Below are positions 22,659 to 33,958 of a DNA stretch of 33,958 nucleotides, in pieces. The translations under genes were made by a program, and so were the position numbers. The stretch's first letter is position 1, and every line of letters begins with the position of its first letter. Origin of the DNA: Octopus bimaculoides (Eukaryota); assembly GCF_001194135.2 (NCBI RefSeq), contig NC_068990.1, positions 35,906,060 to 35,940,017 of the forward strand. The letters run 5' to 3'. A model generated the notes under the pieces. It worked only from the letters and a program-made list of their open reading frames with translations. It was not told where the DNA came from and did not search any database.

Positions 22659-22750
<92 letters not shown>
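22659..22750. repeat. (TG)n microsatellite
   Basis: Perfect run of about 46 units. Confidence 0.97.
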
Positions 22751-22753
<3 letters not shown>

Positions 22754-22850
22754 TGCACGCTTCTTACAACATTAAGAGTTTTTAACTCTTGATATGTGTG
22801 TTCATGTGTACAAGCTTGAAATGATGTAATTCTGTGGAATTGTATTATTT

Positions 22851-22880
22851 GTGCTTAACGATTCTGCCAACTCACTGCCC
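22851..22880 (-). mobile_element. SINE family B 5' head fragment
   Basis: Reverse complement ggcagtgagttggcagaatcgttaagcac matches the family B head. Confidence 0.65.
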
Positions 22881-22911
22881 TACGTGTGGAATTGTAATAT
22901 TAAGCAGACGT

Positions 22912-23130
22912 AAGGTGGCTAACCGGCAGAATCGTTAGCACGCCAGTGTTAAAATGCTTAGCCGTATTTCGTCCGTTTATAGTTTCTAAATTCAAATTCC
23001 GCCGAGATCTACTTGGCCTTTTATACTTTCGGAATCGATAAATCAAGTACTATTTCAACACTGTTTTCGATGTAATCGATTTGCCCACACACTCGAAGTT
23101 TCTGACATTGTGCCAACATTTCAGATCAAT
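22912..23130 (+). mobile_element. SINE family B, near full length
   Basis: ggcagaatcgttagcacgcc...aaatgcttagccgtatttcg...ttcaaattccgccgag...gatgtaatcga. Confidence 0.85.
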
Positions 23131-23924
23131 TTTAAGCAAGATGTGGGTGTCGGCTTCAGTTATGATTATGCTTATAGCCTATTGGATGTGAAGTATCATG
23201 ATAAGGCAGGTTGAAGCCAAATTGATAACTGACTATTGGAATTGGAATTTGACCCATATTTCACCTCTGTTTATATTTACTATTCTTGTTTACACTTAAG
23301 AGTTTATCTGTTTCAGTCGCTCCTTATTATTGTATAGCACTGCTTGCAATAATTCTTATAATTATATTTGTATTATTTCTACATATTTCTCAGCACATTG
23401 TAAGCGTGATAACTTACAATTGTTTCCAAATTAAATATATAACATGCAAACATATGAAATACATATATTACGGAAGTATACCTTCTTCCAAAATGGTTAC
23501 GGAATTATTTTATATCGTGCATCAACTTATAAAGAAGTAATTTTTTTTTTTGATTTCTCTATATAAATGGTGCTAGTTCCTTTATCACACTTTTGTTGGA
23601 ATATTATTTGCCATTTGTTTTATCATTATAGTATGTATATGTTGTTTTTTCACATCTGCATATCATTTCCGAAAAGAAGCATATTCGGAAAAGTTTCCAT
23701 TGAAATATTTATGACACAATATGTGTTTTAAATAAATAACGTCCCATTAATAAATAATTGTCTAACTATACAGCAAATAGTTAAAATCATTTGACAGTTA
23801 ACACTGATTGTAAGTCGATAGATATGGAAGTTGTGAGTTAAATACAGATGCATTGTCGGATGTATAGCAAGAATACTACAAAAAGTCACTTTTACATAAT
23901 AAAATTGCAAACCCATTGTAAGGG

Positions 23925-24070
23925 CATGTAGCTCTTTCATGAAAATCGTGCTCACGATCTTAAGGTTGTGAGTTCGATTCCTGCACCAGGTGGTCAGTTC
24001 TGTCTTGAAGAAAGGCTTGTCATTTTATGTGGCTTTAGTTTAGCAGGTAAACTGTAGCTGAACATCTCTA
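23925..24070 (+). mobile_element. tRNA-derived SINE head of a third family (C), degenerate
   Basis: B-box gagttcgattcc in ctcacgatcttaaggttgtgagttcgattcctgcacc, followed by gtcttgaagaaaggc; no complete cloverleaf. Confidence 0.45.
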
Positions 24071-24099
24071 TCAGCAGTCTCTATCTCTATCTGTAGCTG

Positions 24100-24321
24100 T
24101 CATATCCTTTGGAACGAGTACGAGCCTGCGAAGCCGAAGATGGCAGCCATTTGAGCGAAGTCATTTTTCATATGTGATGTAGAGATGCTGCAAAATTTGA
24201 CTTGTGCATATCAATTTCCATTATGCTCTTTATGTTGCATCAAAATTTCATGCTTTTTCGGGGAAGTTAAGGAAGGTATTAAAAACTGAAACCTATCAGT
24301 CACTTTTGGGACACCCTTTAT
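24100..24321. mobile_element. Probable Tc1/mariner-type terminal fragment
   Basis: End reads cacttttgggacacccttTA; its reverse complement TA-aagggtgtcccaaaagt resembles Tc1/mariner TIRs. No partner TIR seen. Confidence 0.35.
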
Positions 24322-24456
24322 ATATCTGCTTATGTGAATCGATATAAACATGTACAAGCATGGCTACAGTTGATGCTGTCAAAGCTCCAACATTCTGCTG
24401 CGTTGAAATACTAACTTTTTCTTGAATGGAAAAATGTTTTAGAAATAAAACCAGAC

Positions 24457-24509
24457 GAATATACATGCATACATGAATATACATGCATACATGAATATAT
24501 ATGCATACA
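24457..24509. repeat. 18-bp minisatellite x3
   Basis: gaatatacatgcatacat tandem units. Confidence 0.85.
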
Positions 24510-25539
24510 GGCAGCACTATTCTTCCTGTAACCATTGAATTTGCTATCTAAACACACCTTTTTACAAGTACACAGAATTCTAAATCTGTTTCAAATGAGC
24601 ATCATTCCCGCCAATTTCCATAGATAGGGAGGAACTGCTCACTTTCTCGACATCCTCGAGTTGCGTTACAAACAGTACAAACACTAATGAAGCAGCAATT
24701 ATGAAACCTCAACGTGGCTATTCGAACGGATGAAATCATTCAAATTCCGCTGTATTTTCTTAGAAACAAAACGACTAGGTGAGTTTTCCTCAACTGACAC
24801 CATCTAAAAGCAAACAAATGATCAGTAAAGAAACGGCTCTGATCATAAGTCAGCTGGATCAAGATAATTTGGGGGCTAGAGGGTAACAACAAGCCCAGAA
24901 CAACCCAAGAAAGAAGCACCAACCTAATAACCTGATTTGCTAGAAATAGCAGCAAAACTTCCTTAAGTAGCACACTGACACCTTATAAAAATAAGATACT
25001 TCGGATTACATAGATATAAATACACTATACCCGAAAAGGTGTTTGGGGAGATGGTCATGACTAGGAAGCATTTAAATATAAATCTCCTGGATCAGTTAAC
25101 GTAAATAAGTAGATTTAGACACTACTAAATAACAATATATTTATATAAAGAATCTTCACTTGAATACGGTGAGATATTTCATAGGAAAATACTTCAAATT
25201 ACATTGTATAGTTTTCCTCCATCTATTTATATTGTATTTTATATACATTTTAAAACTTTAATTACAAAATATTTACAACAACCCCACCTTATTTCTCATT
25301 CCATCGTGTGTGTAATTACATGTTCCTATATGACTGTGTAAACGCCGTGCTACTGATTCAAACTACGGTATGAGTGAGAGAGCAGTCGTCCATGTGTGTG
25401 TTTCAGTGATTTGGTGTGTGCATTTGCGTGTAGAGATATGTGAATGTAAAACTTCATAAATTTGGTTTCTCTTCTACTAATGCACTTGATAAACCGAGAC
25501 ACAATTTTAACTGTTAATAAACAACGATTATGGATGCAT

Positions 25540-25707
25540 GCATGCTCACACACTACACATGCACATACGCACATGATATATATATATACGTATACATATA
25601 GGAATATATATATGTAATATATTCTATATCTATATATATATTGATATACTGATATACGTGTGCATATATGTGTCTTTATATGTATATGTATGGATGTATG
25701 TAAATAA

Positions 25708-25741
<34 letters not shown>

Positions 25742-25815
25742 CCAAATATATATATGTATATATATGTAATATACATTTATACAAATATGTATGTATATAT
25801 GTATGTGTGTATATG

Positions 25816-25856
<41 letters not shown>

Positions 25857-25895
25857 ATATGCATACACACACATATTCATATACACACACGTAAA
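25540..25895. repeat. (TA)/(TG)/(CA) low-complexity tract
   Basis: Direct reading. Confidence 0.85.
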
Positions 25896-26034
25896 TACCT
25901 ATATTATATATGACGGGTTCCATAATGGTGCGTGTTTCGATCACATTGTTCTCAAATATTATAGCAGACCACTTCAAAATCTCCAGCGTCCAAGCCAATT
26001 AATCAACTCTTGTCAGAGAAACAAGAAAACACAA

Positions 26035-26292
26035 GTGGGAGAGCGATAGAAAGGGAGAAATAAAATGGGAGAGAGGGAGAGAGAGAGAGAGATATAGAGA
26101 GAGAGAGAGGGAGATCTATACAGTAGTTGGCAGAAGAATTAAGACGCGTAATAATAAAGATAAAGGAGAGAGAACTGATAGAGACAGAGAGAAAGATGAA
26201 GACTAGAGAGTGGGGAGAAGGAGAAAGGGTGGAGTGAGAGTGGGAGATAGACAGACAGGCAGAAACACAGACAGGCAGAAACACAGACAGGC
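26035..26292. repeat. GA-rich tract ending in a 16-bp repeat (agacaggcagaaacac x2.5)
   Basis: Direct reading. Confidence 0.8.
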
Positions 26293-26664
26293 TGAAGTAT
26301 AGACTAATGATACGGTAGCTTTGCCTGTAATTATATCCTCAACTATCAATGAAAACAACTTGCAAGCGTTTATATAAATATATGCCATTATACATACTTT
26401 CGTACGCAATTATATGTGAATATACAAACACATGCACACCAACACACACATGCCAATACACACAAACATATATTTGCATGTAAGTGTGTGGGTGTGTGAA
26501 TATGTGTATGTATGTACATACATAAGCTCTGATACAGAAACACAAACGGTGTGTGTATGCATGTGTGTGTGCGTTCGCCCGTGTGTGTGTGTGCGTGCGT
26601 GTGTACTTAAATGCAAGCATGTGCACATGACAATATTGAGTTTAAATTTTGACACATGACAAGC

Positions 26665-26835
26665 AATTTTTGGGTAGGCGTGTAAGTCGTTTACATCAAC
26701 TCCAGTACTCCACTGGTACTTATTTTATCGACCCCGAAAGGATAAAAGGCAAAGTCGACCTCGGCGGAATTTGAACTCAGAACGCAAAGTGCCAGAAGAA
26801 ATGACGGTATGCAATTCTTCCAGCACGTAAACGAC
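26665..26835 (-). mobile_element. SINE family B
   Basis: ctggtacttattttatcgaccccgaaaggataaaaggcaaagtcgacctcggcggaatttgaactcagaacg is the conserved family B core. Confidence 0.88.
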
Positions 26836-26999
26836 CTCACGGATTATTTCCTCAATAATAATGATAATACTAATGTTTTCTTTAGCCACCATCAAAGGTT
26901 TACAAAAAAGAAACCTTTGAGAACGGTAAAGGAGAAATCCATGTGATGTTACTTATATAGAAGCGTGTAAGCAGTAACAAACGATAGCAATATAAATTT

Positions 27000-28828
27000 C
27001 AACAACTAAAAATTCCTCAAAAGCGAGAGACTTGCTAAAGATGCTCCTGGAGACCCCATAAAACAACGGTCACTCTGACTACTAGAGCGAGTGCTCTCTC
27101 CATATAGGTCTCCTTCAATGTACGGGCGAATGCTTAGAGTAGGCTCGTTCAATCGAATCATTCTTGCCACATCCACCCAGCTTCCAATAAAATTTCTGGA
27201 ATGCAGTACTTCCCTCTGTTACCCTTATCTACATTTTCAAATGTAACTTGAAAAATTTGATGTGGGCTCGGCTGCGAGGCTTTAGTGAAAACCTTTCAGC
27301 CAAGGTCACATCAAAGCACCTCTTCTAAATTTCTAAATTTCCCTCTATTCTATTTCTTTATATTACTATTGCCTTACTAAACCTACTCTATTCTAATTTC
27401 AGAGCAAACCATCATTTGCTGTTGAGGACTGACCCCGTAAACACCTGATTAACTGATCCTTTATTCTGGTGTCTATAAGTTTGGCATGCAGGGAGTTACG
27501 CGTTCAGATCCTTCTAGCCAGATCCCTGCATACGATGCCTATCTAGGTCGACCGTGCAGATCAGAAATGTGTGATCTGTGCAGCCGATGATTTCGAAAAG
27601 CGGAAAATTTATGCTATCCTTATCTACTGGTCTACAGACTACTCTATCTGCATACGACTTAGATGACCCGATGCGGTTCAGCCATGTCCACACTGGCACA
27701 TTCAGGATATTTAGTCGTTACCTGTCAGACTGTTGAAAACGTCTGAGTAGATTTGTGAGGCACGTGGGCACCCTCTTCTAACAGTTAGCTCTACATAATT
27801 TAGATTTGCTTTCAATATGGCGTTCTAGTTATCAGTTAACGTTAAAGGTCGAGATTTTTTCCAAAAAATCCTGCAGATGTGTGAATAAGTCTGGTTGTCC
27901 AGTCGCTGTCAGAGTTTGGAGGACCAGTCTAAAAGCATTCACGTTAAAACTGTTCACGTCCAGGACCACCAACTTACCTTCTGAGCTCAAGAAGATGGCT
28001 CGTATTTCCGACCCAGTCCTGTCTGGAACAACACCGCAGTTTCAAACCCCTGATCCCGGTTGGCATGGAGGTATGTAAATCCTGTATCCACCAAAAGGGG
28101 CATGAAAGCCTGTCGACTGGAAAGTCTAGTTTCACTCATAGCCACTACATCTATATTTAGTGTTCTGAGGTCATTGAGTCAGTGGCCCTGTTTCCAAGAC
28201 GACCACACACCGCCTGCCTTTGTATTACCTATTCTGAGCTTGGCTATGTTTGTGACAAAGAAGGAAAGTGAAGAAAGTCACTAATCATATTTCTGTGGAG
28301 GGACAGATTTTCTATCCTTTTGTCAATTTGTGGATGTCTCCAAAAGTACGCTTTGTAGAGTCTTTTGTTTGAGGTTCCACAGTAATCTTCCATTCCCTTG
28401 GAATTTTTGCCTTCAGTTTGTTGTAAGTTTGTTGCGCTGTTTTCATAATGTTTATGGGAATAGGGGTGTTATGGTGATGTATTCATTTTTGGCAATGTCA
28501 GTGTGTTTTTTTAATAAACTTTAAGTTCTTTTTGTGTCTGTGGCCGTGACATTGATGATGCCTTGGGAGTACTGGTCACGTTGTTGGTCTTGATTGTTAC
28601 GTTTTTATTAAATGAATTGGTAGTATTTGTAAAGTCGGAAATGTTTGTAATTGTGCTGGTGTAATGTGCGTGGGTGTGTGATGGTTTCTTTGTTTTTCTG
28701 TCTCCTCTAATTTCTTGGTTTTTAGTCTTGTATTGTGCTTTTAATTTCGCAATTATTTCTTTTTCCATTCCCCACGATACATTCTGATTGTTTTCTCAGA
28801 GCGTTTTCCTCACCAGACGAGTTTTCAC
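27000..28828 (-). mobile_element. L1/Tx1-clade LINE remnant: possible ORF1 C-terminus plus ORF2 APE endonuclease, 3'-truncated
   Basis: GC-richer block; minus-strand motifs below. The ORF1 assignment of 28290-28828 and the outer limits are inferred from position and composition. Confidence 0.75.
27480..28270 (-). pseudogene. APE-type endonuclease domain of LINE ORF2 (disrupted)
   Basis: LRIG...KQGH*LNDLRTLNIDVVAMSETRL (NVRG/QETH-like region), RAIFLSSEGKLVVLDV..FRLV, WTW...GSSKSYADRVVCR...IGCTDHTFLICTVDLDR (SRID and SDH motifs), then QGSG*K.LN (degenerate G(Y)WKLN typical of L1/Tx1). Confidence 0.85.
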
Positions 28829-29097
28829 AAGAGATAAAGTGCCTTGCTGAATAAATACATCCTGCTAATAATAATCATATTGTAGAATTATAAGTTAATC
28901 ATTCCACTAGTTTGTTATAATTATATGTAATTATCAGTTTACGCTTGCAATTCTAATATGTAGGTAATTTTACAGAAAATAAAAGTTAATAAATATGTTC
29001 ATTCTACATTACGTTTTTGGTTTATATAATCCATAGTTCACACAAACAATTTTGATAAATTGGCAATAAAAAGAAAAATTATAGTTCGCAAGAAAAT
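28829..29097 (+). repeat. Left arm of a ~270-bp inverted repeat
   Basis: Reverse complement of 30620-30887; I count 9 substitutions and one 3-bp indel. Confidence 0.95.
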
Positions 29098-29642
29098 TAG
29101 ATACATAGATACATAGACACATTGTGAAATTAAAAGCGGGAGAGAGGAGGAACACACAGGAAGTGAAAGAGAAAGACAGAAAGTAAGAGAGACAGTAGGT
29201 ACATAGATCAAAAAAATGTTGATGCATAGATACATAGTAACAGCAAATATTGGATGTCACTTTCACTTTTCATTACCACATAAGAACAAAATTTAACTCG
29301 CAAGTGGTTGAGTACTCCACAGACAAACATATCATTAACTTAGTTCTCAGAAATTCATCCTCACACAAAATATGACAAGGCTGGCGAACATTTTCAAGCA
29401 CTGGAGATGGTTTGTGTTCCCACCAGTTTTTATCATAGGGCAGCTCCAGGTTTTTGCAGATTACCCTGTGAATATAATGTGCTGCCCTATCATGCCCGTT
29501 GAGATATTCCGTAGCACATCCCGCTCAAAAGGTCCCTGAATAATGGTTGTGTAAGGATGTTGAATGAAACAATCGTGTTTCCAAAGGTGAATTATCCAAA
29601 CCCCAAAGAATTCCTCTCAACACATGGCTATGATGCTCCCTC

Positions 29643-29646
<4 letters not shown>

Positions 29647-29719
<73 letters not shown>

Positions 29720-29732
29720 TGTTATTATTACT
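29647..29732. repeat. (TAT)n microsatellite
   Basis: Direct reading. Confidence 0.95.
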
Positions 29733-29945
29733 AAAGGTAGCGAGATGGCAGAAACGTTAGCACGCTGGACGAAATGCTTAGCGGTATTTCGCCCGTTAAT
29801 ACGTTATGAGTTCAAATTCCGCCGAGGTCGACTTCGCCTTTCATCCTTTCTGGTTCGATAAATTAAGTACCAGTGAAGTACTGCGGTTGATGTAATTGAC
29901 TATCCCCCTCTCCAAAATTTTAGACCTTGTACCTATTGTAGAAAG
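29733..29945 (+). mobile_element. SINE family B, full length
   Basis: ggcagaaacgttagcacgctggacgaaatgcttagcgg...gagttcaaattccgccgaggtcgac...; followed by a (CTT)(TAT)(AGT)(AGC) tail. Confidence 0.92.
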
Positions 29946-30015
29946 CCTTCTTCTTCTTATTATTATTAGTAGTAGTAGTAGTAGTAGCAGCAGCAGCAGC
30001 AACAGTGTTGCTTCT

Positions 30016-30220
30016 AAAGCGGTGAATCATTCGCATACCGCGCAAGCTGCTTATTGGTATTTCATCCGCCTTTATATTATGAGTCCAAATTCCGCAGAGG
30101 ACGACTTTGCTTTCCATCCTTTCGGCGTCGGTAAAATAAATACCAGTTAAGTATTGGAGTCGATTTAACCGACTTTCCCCCTCCCTCTAAATTTTAGGTC
30201 TTGTGCTAATAGTAGAAACG
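30016..30220 (+). mobile_element. SINE family B, second tandem copy, diverged
   Basis: gagtccaaattccgcagaggacgactttgctttccatcctttcggcgtcgg...aaattttaggtcttgtgc. Confidence 0.85.
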
Positions 30221-30224
30221 ATAT

Positions 30225-30390
30225 ATGTTTCGGCTCTACATTCTGAATTCAAATTAAACGGTAGAGATCTTTATTATTCATCCTTCCAGAATCGGTAAAT
30301 AAAAGTAGCGTTTAGGCACTGAGATTGATGGTGTTGACTATCTTCCTCCCAGCAAAATTGCTGGCCTCGTGTCTAAAATAGGAAATTTTA
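30225..30390 (+). mobile_element. SINE family B, third tandem copy, 5'-truncated and degenerate
   Basis: acattctgaattcaaatt...ttcatccttccagaatcggtaaat...aaaattgctggcctcgtgtc. Confidence 0.7.
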
Positions 30391-30619
30391 TTACTCTTTA
30401 CTCTTTACTCTCAGAATTTTACAATCTGATTATAATTAAAACATGATAGGCTTAATTTATAAGGAATATTTCAAGCCGAGTAATACACATGGATCATATT
30501 CAAACATTAATTTGTATTAACTGTTATATGCTATGTTGTTTATTTTTGAAATATAATTGAAGGAAATTTATTTATTGTGAAATTTATGAGATGGTTATTT
30601 TTATTTGAACAGATTTATA

Positions 30620-30887
30620 TTTTCTGAACTATAATTTCTCTTTTTATTGCCAATTTATCAAAATTGTTTGTGTGAACTATGGATTATATAAACCAAAAGC
30701 TTAATATAGAATGAACATATTTATTAACTTTTATTTTCTGTAATATTGCCTACATATTAGAATTGCAAGCGTAAACTGATAATTACATATAATTATAACA
30801 TAATAGTGGAATGATTAACTTATTATAATTCTACAATATGATTATTATTAGCAGGATGCATTTATTCAGCAAGGCACTTTATCTCTT
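30620..30887 (-). repeat. Right arm of the ~270-bp inverted repeat
   Basis: Reverse complement of 28829-29097. Confidence 0.95.
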
Positions 30888-31599
30888 AAATTGAATTAAT
30901 TTACTATATTAATAATGCACATATTTGCCTCAGAATATTTTCTTACCAAAGATTTGATAATGTAAATATTGTATCCACGAAATATACATTGACAAAATAA
31001 TTGTAGAGAAAACGATCAAGCTTTTTAACGAATTAATTTGCAAATTATTTAAAGATTCCTTCTTGAAAATATGAATTGATGTTTAAATGATATCAATTTG
31101 TTACCTAATAATGTGGAAGCAAAATTTTACTTTAAAAGGAAAACAGTAAATATTTGGGATGGGTACTTGTAATGCTAATGTACAACTAATGTATTTCGGT
31201 GTATAATAATGTCTATTCTAGTCGGTAATGAACTGAGAGCTGTATTATCTGTTTATGAAATAACGAAATGTCTTTTTCGAAGGAATTATTCTTTCTTCCT
31301 TGTTCTGTACGTGTCTTTGCGAGTTATCGCCTGCCTTTTTTCTTAACTTGCTGACTGCTGAAGCCAATGTCATATTTGTAAAAATTACATTTTACTGAAA
31401 GGAATAAGATATAAAAGAACTTCAATTCCGAAAGAGTGAGAAACACAAGAGCAAAGCAGCTCTTTGTTTGCTGATTCGTTTAAACAGATATTACATAACA
31501 CAAACGTTTCAATATTTTACAAATTTTGCAAAATATAACCATACAAATGCCTTCTTCCCACAACGAAAGTGAGAAGGGATTATTTACCACTTTGCCAAC

Positions 31600-31730
31600 A
31601 CCAAAACAATGACAGCAACAACACAGGCAGGTGACCACTATAGCTGCAAAAGCAACAGTAACAGTAGTAGCAACAACAATCATAGCAGCAGCAACAGCAA
31701 CAAGAACAGCAACAGTGGAAGCAACAGTAG
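31600..31730. repeat. (CAG/CAA/AGT) low-complexity tract
   Basis: Direct reading. Confidence 0.75.
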
Positions 31731-31963
31731 GTCACGTGGAGGTTGGAGCCATCTGGTAAATTTGTGATATCTAGAATTGCTTCAAAATATGTGTTATCCA
31801 TATATTTTCTCCCTTGCAACGTAGGTTCTAGTGTACCACACTGGATTTAGACATTTAAAAAAAATTGTTGTTGTGTTGCTCGTTTCAGTCAACGACTTTG
31901 AACACCTATTGTTTTATAAGTCATAGTTATAAAAGAATATATATATATTTATATATTTATATA

Positions 31964-32337
31964 TTCTTTTATTTTGCTTCAGTCATTTGACTGCGGCCAT
32001 GCTGGAGCACTGCCTTCAGTCGAGCAAATCGACCCCAGGAGTTATTCTTTGTAAGCCTAGTGCTTATTCTATCGGCCCATTATGCCGAACCGCTAGGTTA
32101 TGGGGATGTAAACACACCAGCATCGCTTGTCAAGCAATGTTGTTGGCACAAACACAGACACACACACACGCACACACGACGGGATTCTTTCAGCTTCCTT
32201 CTATGAAATCCACTCACAAGGCTTTGGTCGACCCGAGGCTATAGTAGAAGACACTTGCCCAAGGTGCAACGCAGTGGGACTGAACCCGTAACAATGTGGT
32301 TGGTAAGCAAGCTACTTACCACACAGCCACTCCTGTA
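31964..32337 (-). mobile_element. SINE family A (tRNA-derived), full length, well conserved
   Basis: Minus strand caggagtggctgtgtggtaagtagcttgc...gggttcagtccc (A and B boxes)...ccttgggcaagtg...; internal (TG)n; A-rich 3' end. Confidence 0.93.
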
Positions 32338-33132
32338 CATTAATTAATCATCGTATTCCAATTTTCCTCACTTCTTCAGTGAATTGCAGATGAACGACTA
32401 TCTTTTTATACAAACACAACACAAGCTACGCTTTCAGGCTTTTTGAATAAAGTTTTCAGTAATAAACCCAATAGGTTTACTACCAATTCTGCGAAATAAT
32501 CACGGGTCCCGCTAGTTTCTTTTTAATATGAATTTTGCATTTCTTAAATCGCTTATCGACATATCTTTCTTTTCTTGTGTTGGCCTCACTGCAGATGCGA
32601 ACCCGTTAGGGCAAGATGTGTTAACATTAATGGTAGAAGTGGTGGTGGCGGTGGTGGTTGAATTTGCATGTGCTCTGTGAGAAAATATTCTTTTTTTCTT
32701 TTTCTTGATTTTCTTAATCATTGTTGGCATCTGCAATGGCGGTGGACGTATTGGCGGTGTTATTTTCACTTGATTTTTCTTTTGTGTTTTTTTTTTCTGT
32801 GTTGGTGATAGTGATGTTATTGTTGCTGCTGCTGCTAATACCGTCACTGCCTTTTACGATTTGGCTGTTCGGATGACTGGCTGTTCTTTTCAGCGGATGA
32901 ACAATTCTCGTCGTCCATCTTTCTTTTTTGAGCATATATTGAGGGGCGTATTAACCTAAACAAAAACGAAATGAGGCCTTGAGTCCTATAGATGGAGAAA
33001 AACTAACGTGCTGATTATTTTATCTATGTAACGATGGCAAATTTCAGTATGTAGCAATGTGTAACAATATAAATGACAACAAATTAACGGGACCGATGTG
33101 TAATGCGTGTCGATAAACGAATAATAATATAT

Positions 33133-33328
33133 TTTTTTTCTAGTCTAGGCACAAGGCTCGAAATTTTTGGGGAGGGGACCAGTCAATTAGATTGACCCCA
33201 GTACGCAGCTGGTACTTAATTTATGACTCCGAAAAGGCAAAGTCAACCTCAGCGGAATTTGAACTCAGAACGTAAAGACCGCAAAGCATTTCGCCCGGCG
33301 GGCTAACGCTTCTGCCAGCTCGCCGCTT
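33133..33328 (-). mobile_element. SINE family B, near full length
   Basis: Minus strand gcggcgagctggcagaagcgttagcccgccgggcgaaatgc...gagttcaaattccgctgaggttgactttgcc. Confidence 0.9.
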
Positions 33329-33338
33329 AATAATAATA

Positions 33339-33413
<75 letters not shown>

Positions 33414-33429
33414 CTAAGAAGAAGAAGAA
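33329..33429. repeat. (AAT)n(GAT)n(AAG)n compound microsatellite
   Basis: Direct reading. Confidence 0.95.
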
Positions 33430-33933
33430 CTTTGACTCAAAACCAACCGTTTGAGATGTAGAATTAACAGAAATGACAAAGATGAGGTTAAAATCAACAG
33501 TTATTCAATACGGTACAAAATCTGGCCCCGGCTCTTCCATGAAACGCCCTTTGAAACAATGATGATAGCAGAGCCAACAAACCACAAAATTGAGAATAAC
33601 TCATTCTGTGGTTCAAATATTGATTTCAATTTGTCTAAGTATTGGTCGCCAAAAGGTCAAGATTTCATTAGTAACTGGACGAGTTGTTATTTGTTGATTC
33701 TGTTGTTACAAGATATCTTTGTTCTCGGTTCCCACGCGCCTATCAACAATAACTTTAGTATTTTTACACAAGATTCTGAGTGATCTTTGGAAGTACATTA
33801 TTATAGAAGTAACTGTATACAGAACAGTAAAAGAAATATGACATATTATTTCTGGCCGAGTCAAATACGAATTTATCAGATTTCTCTTTTAATACTTTTC
33901 TTTATCATACTTTCTTTAATAACATTTTTCTTC

Positions 33934-33958
33934 ATATATATATATATATATATATATA
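33934..33958. repeat. (TA)n microsatellite
   Basis: Direct reading. Confidence 0.95.

Noticed and set aside
23935-23985. tRNA-like sequence with GTTCGATTCC
   Set aside because: No acceptor stem or full cloverleaf; better explained as a SINE head.
24840-25110. Sequence resembling other octopus interspersed repeats (also 29285-29640)
   Set aside because: Recognised only from memory, with no second copy in this window to anchor boundaries, so not annotated.
32512-32935. Minus-strand basic ORFs and a short MDDENCSSAEKNSQSSEQPNRKRQ peptide
   Set aside because: Driven by T-runs and low complexity; early stop and no convincing splice donor.
33451-33783. 110-aa plus-strand ORF
   Set aside because: Starts at TTG, has no recognisable domain and no supporting splice signals; cannot be excluded as an exon without RNA data.

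Overview
AT-rich, repeat-dense eukaryotic genomic DNA from a gapped draft scaffold with five N-runs. The SINE families and the (TA)n/(ATT)n/(CA)n microsatellite load look like Octopus (coleoid cephalopod); this is by recognition, not by database search. No host protein-coding gene can be called with confidence, and nearly all ORFs in the track are microsatellite or transposon artefacts. Supported content: a full-length dead mariner element (14176-15482), an internally deleted Tc1-like element (22149-22656), an L1/Tx1-type LINE remnant with APE endonuclease motifs (about 27000-28828, minus strand), and about 15 SINE copies or fragments from 2-3 families (A, B and C are my labels). Most interesting: three type I hammerhead-ribozyme motifs in Penelope-like terminal fragments, one with an intact core; a SINE whose A-box head is repeated four times; a SINE with a twin-priming-type 5' inversion; a 530-bp foldback capped by two mini-MITEs; and a pair of ~270-bp, ~96% identical inverted repeats 1.5 kb apart. 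Alignments and identities were done by eye.
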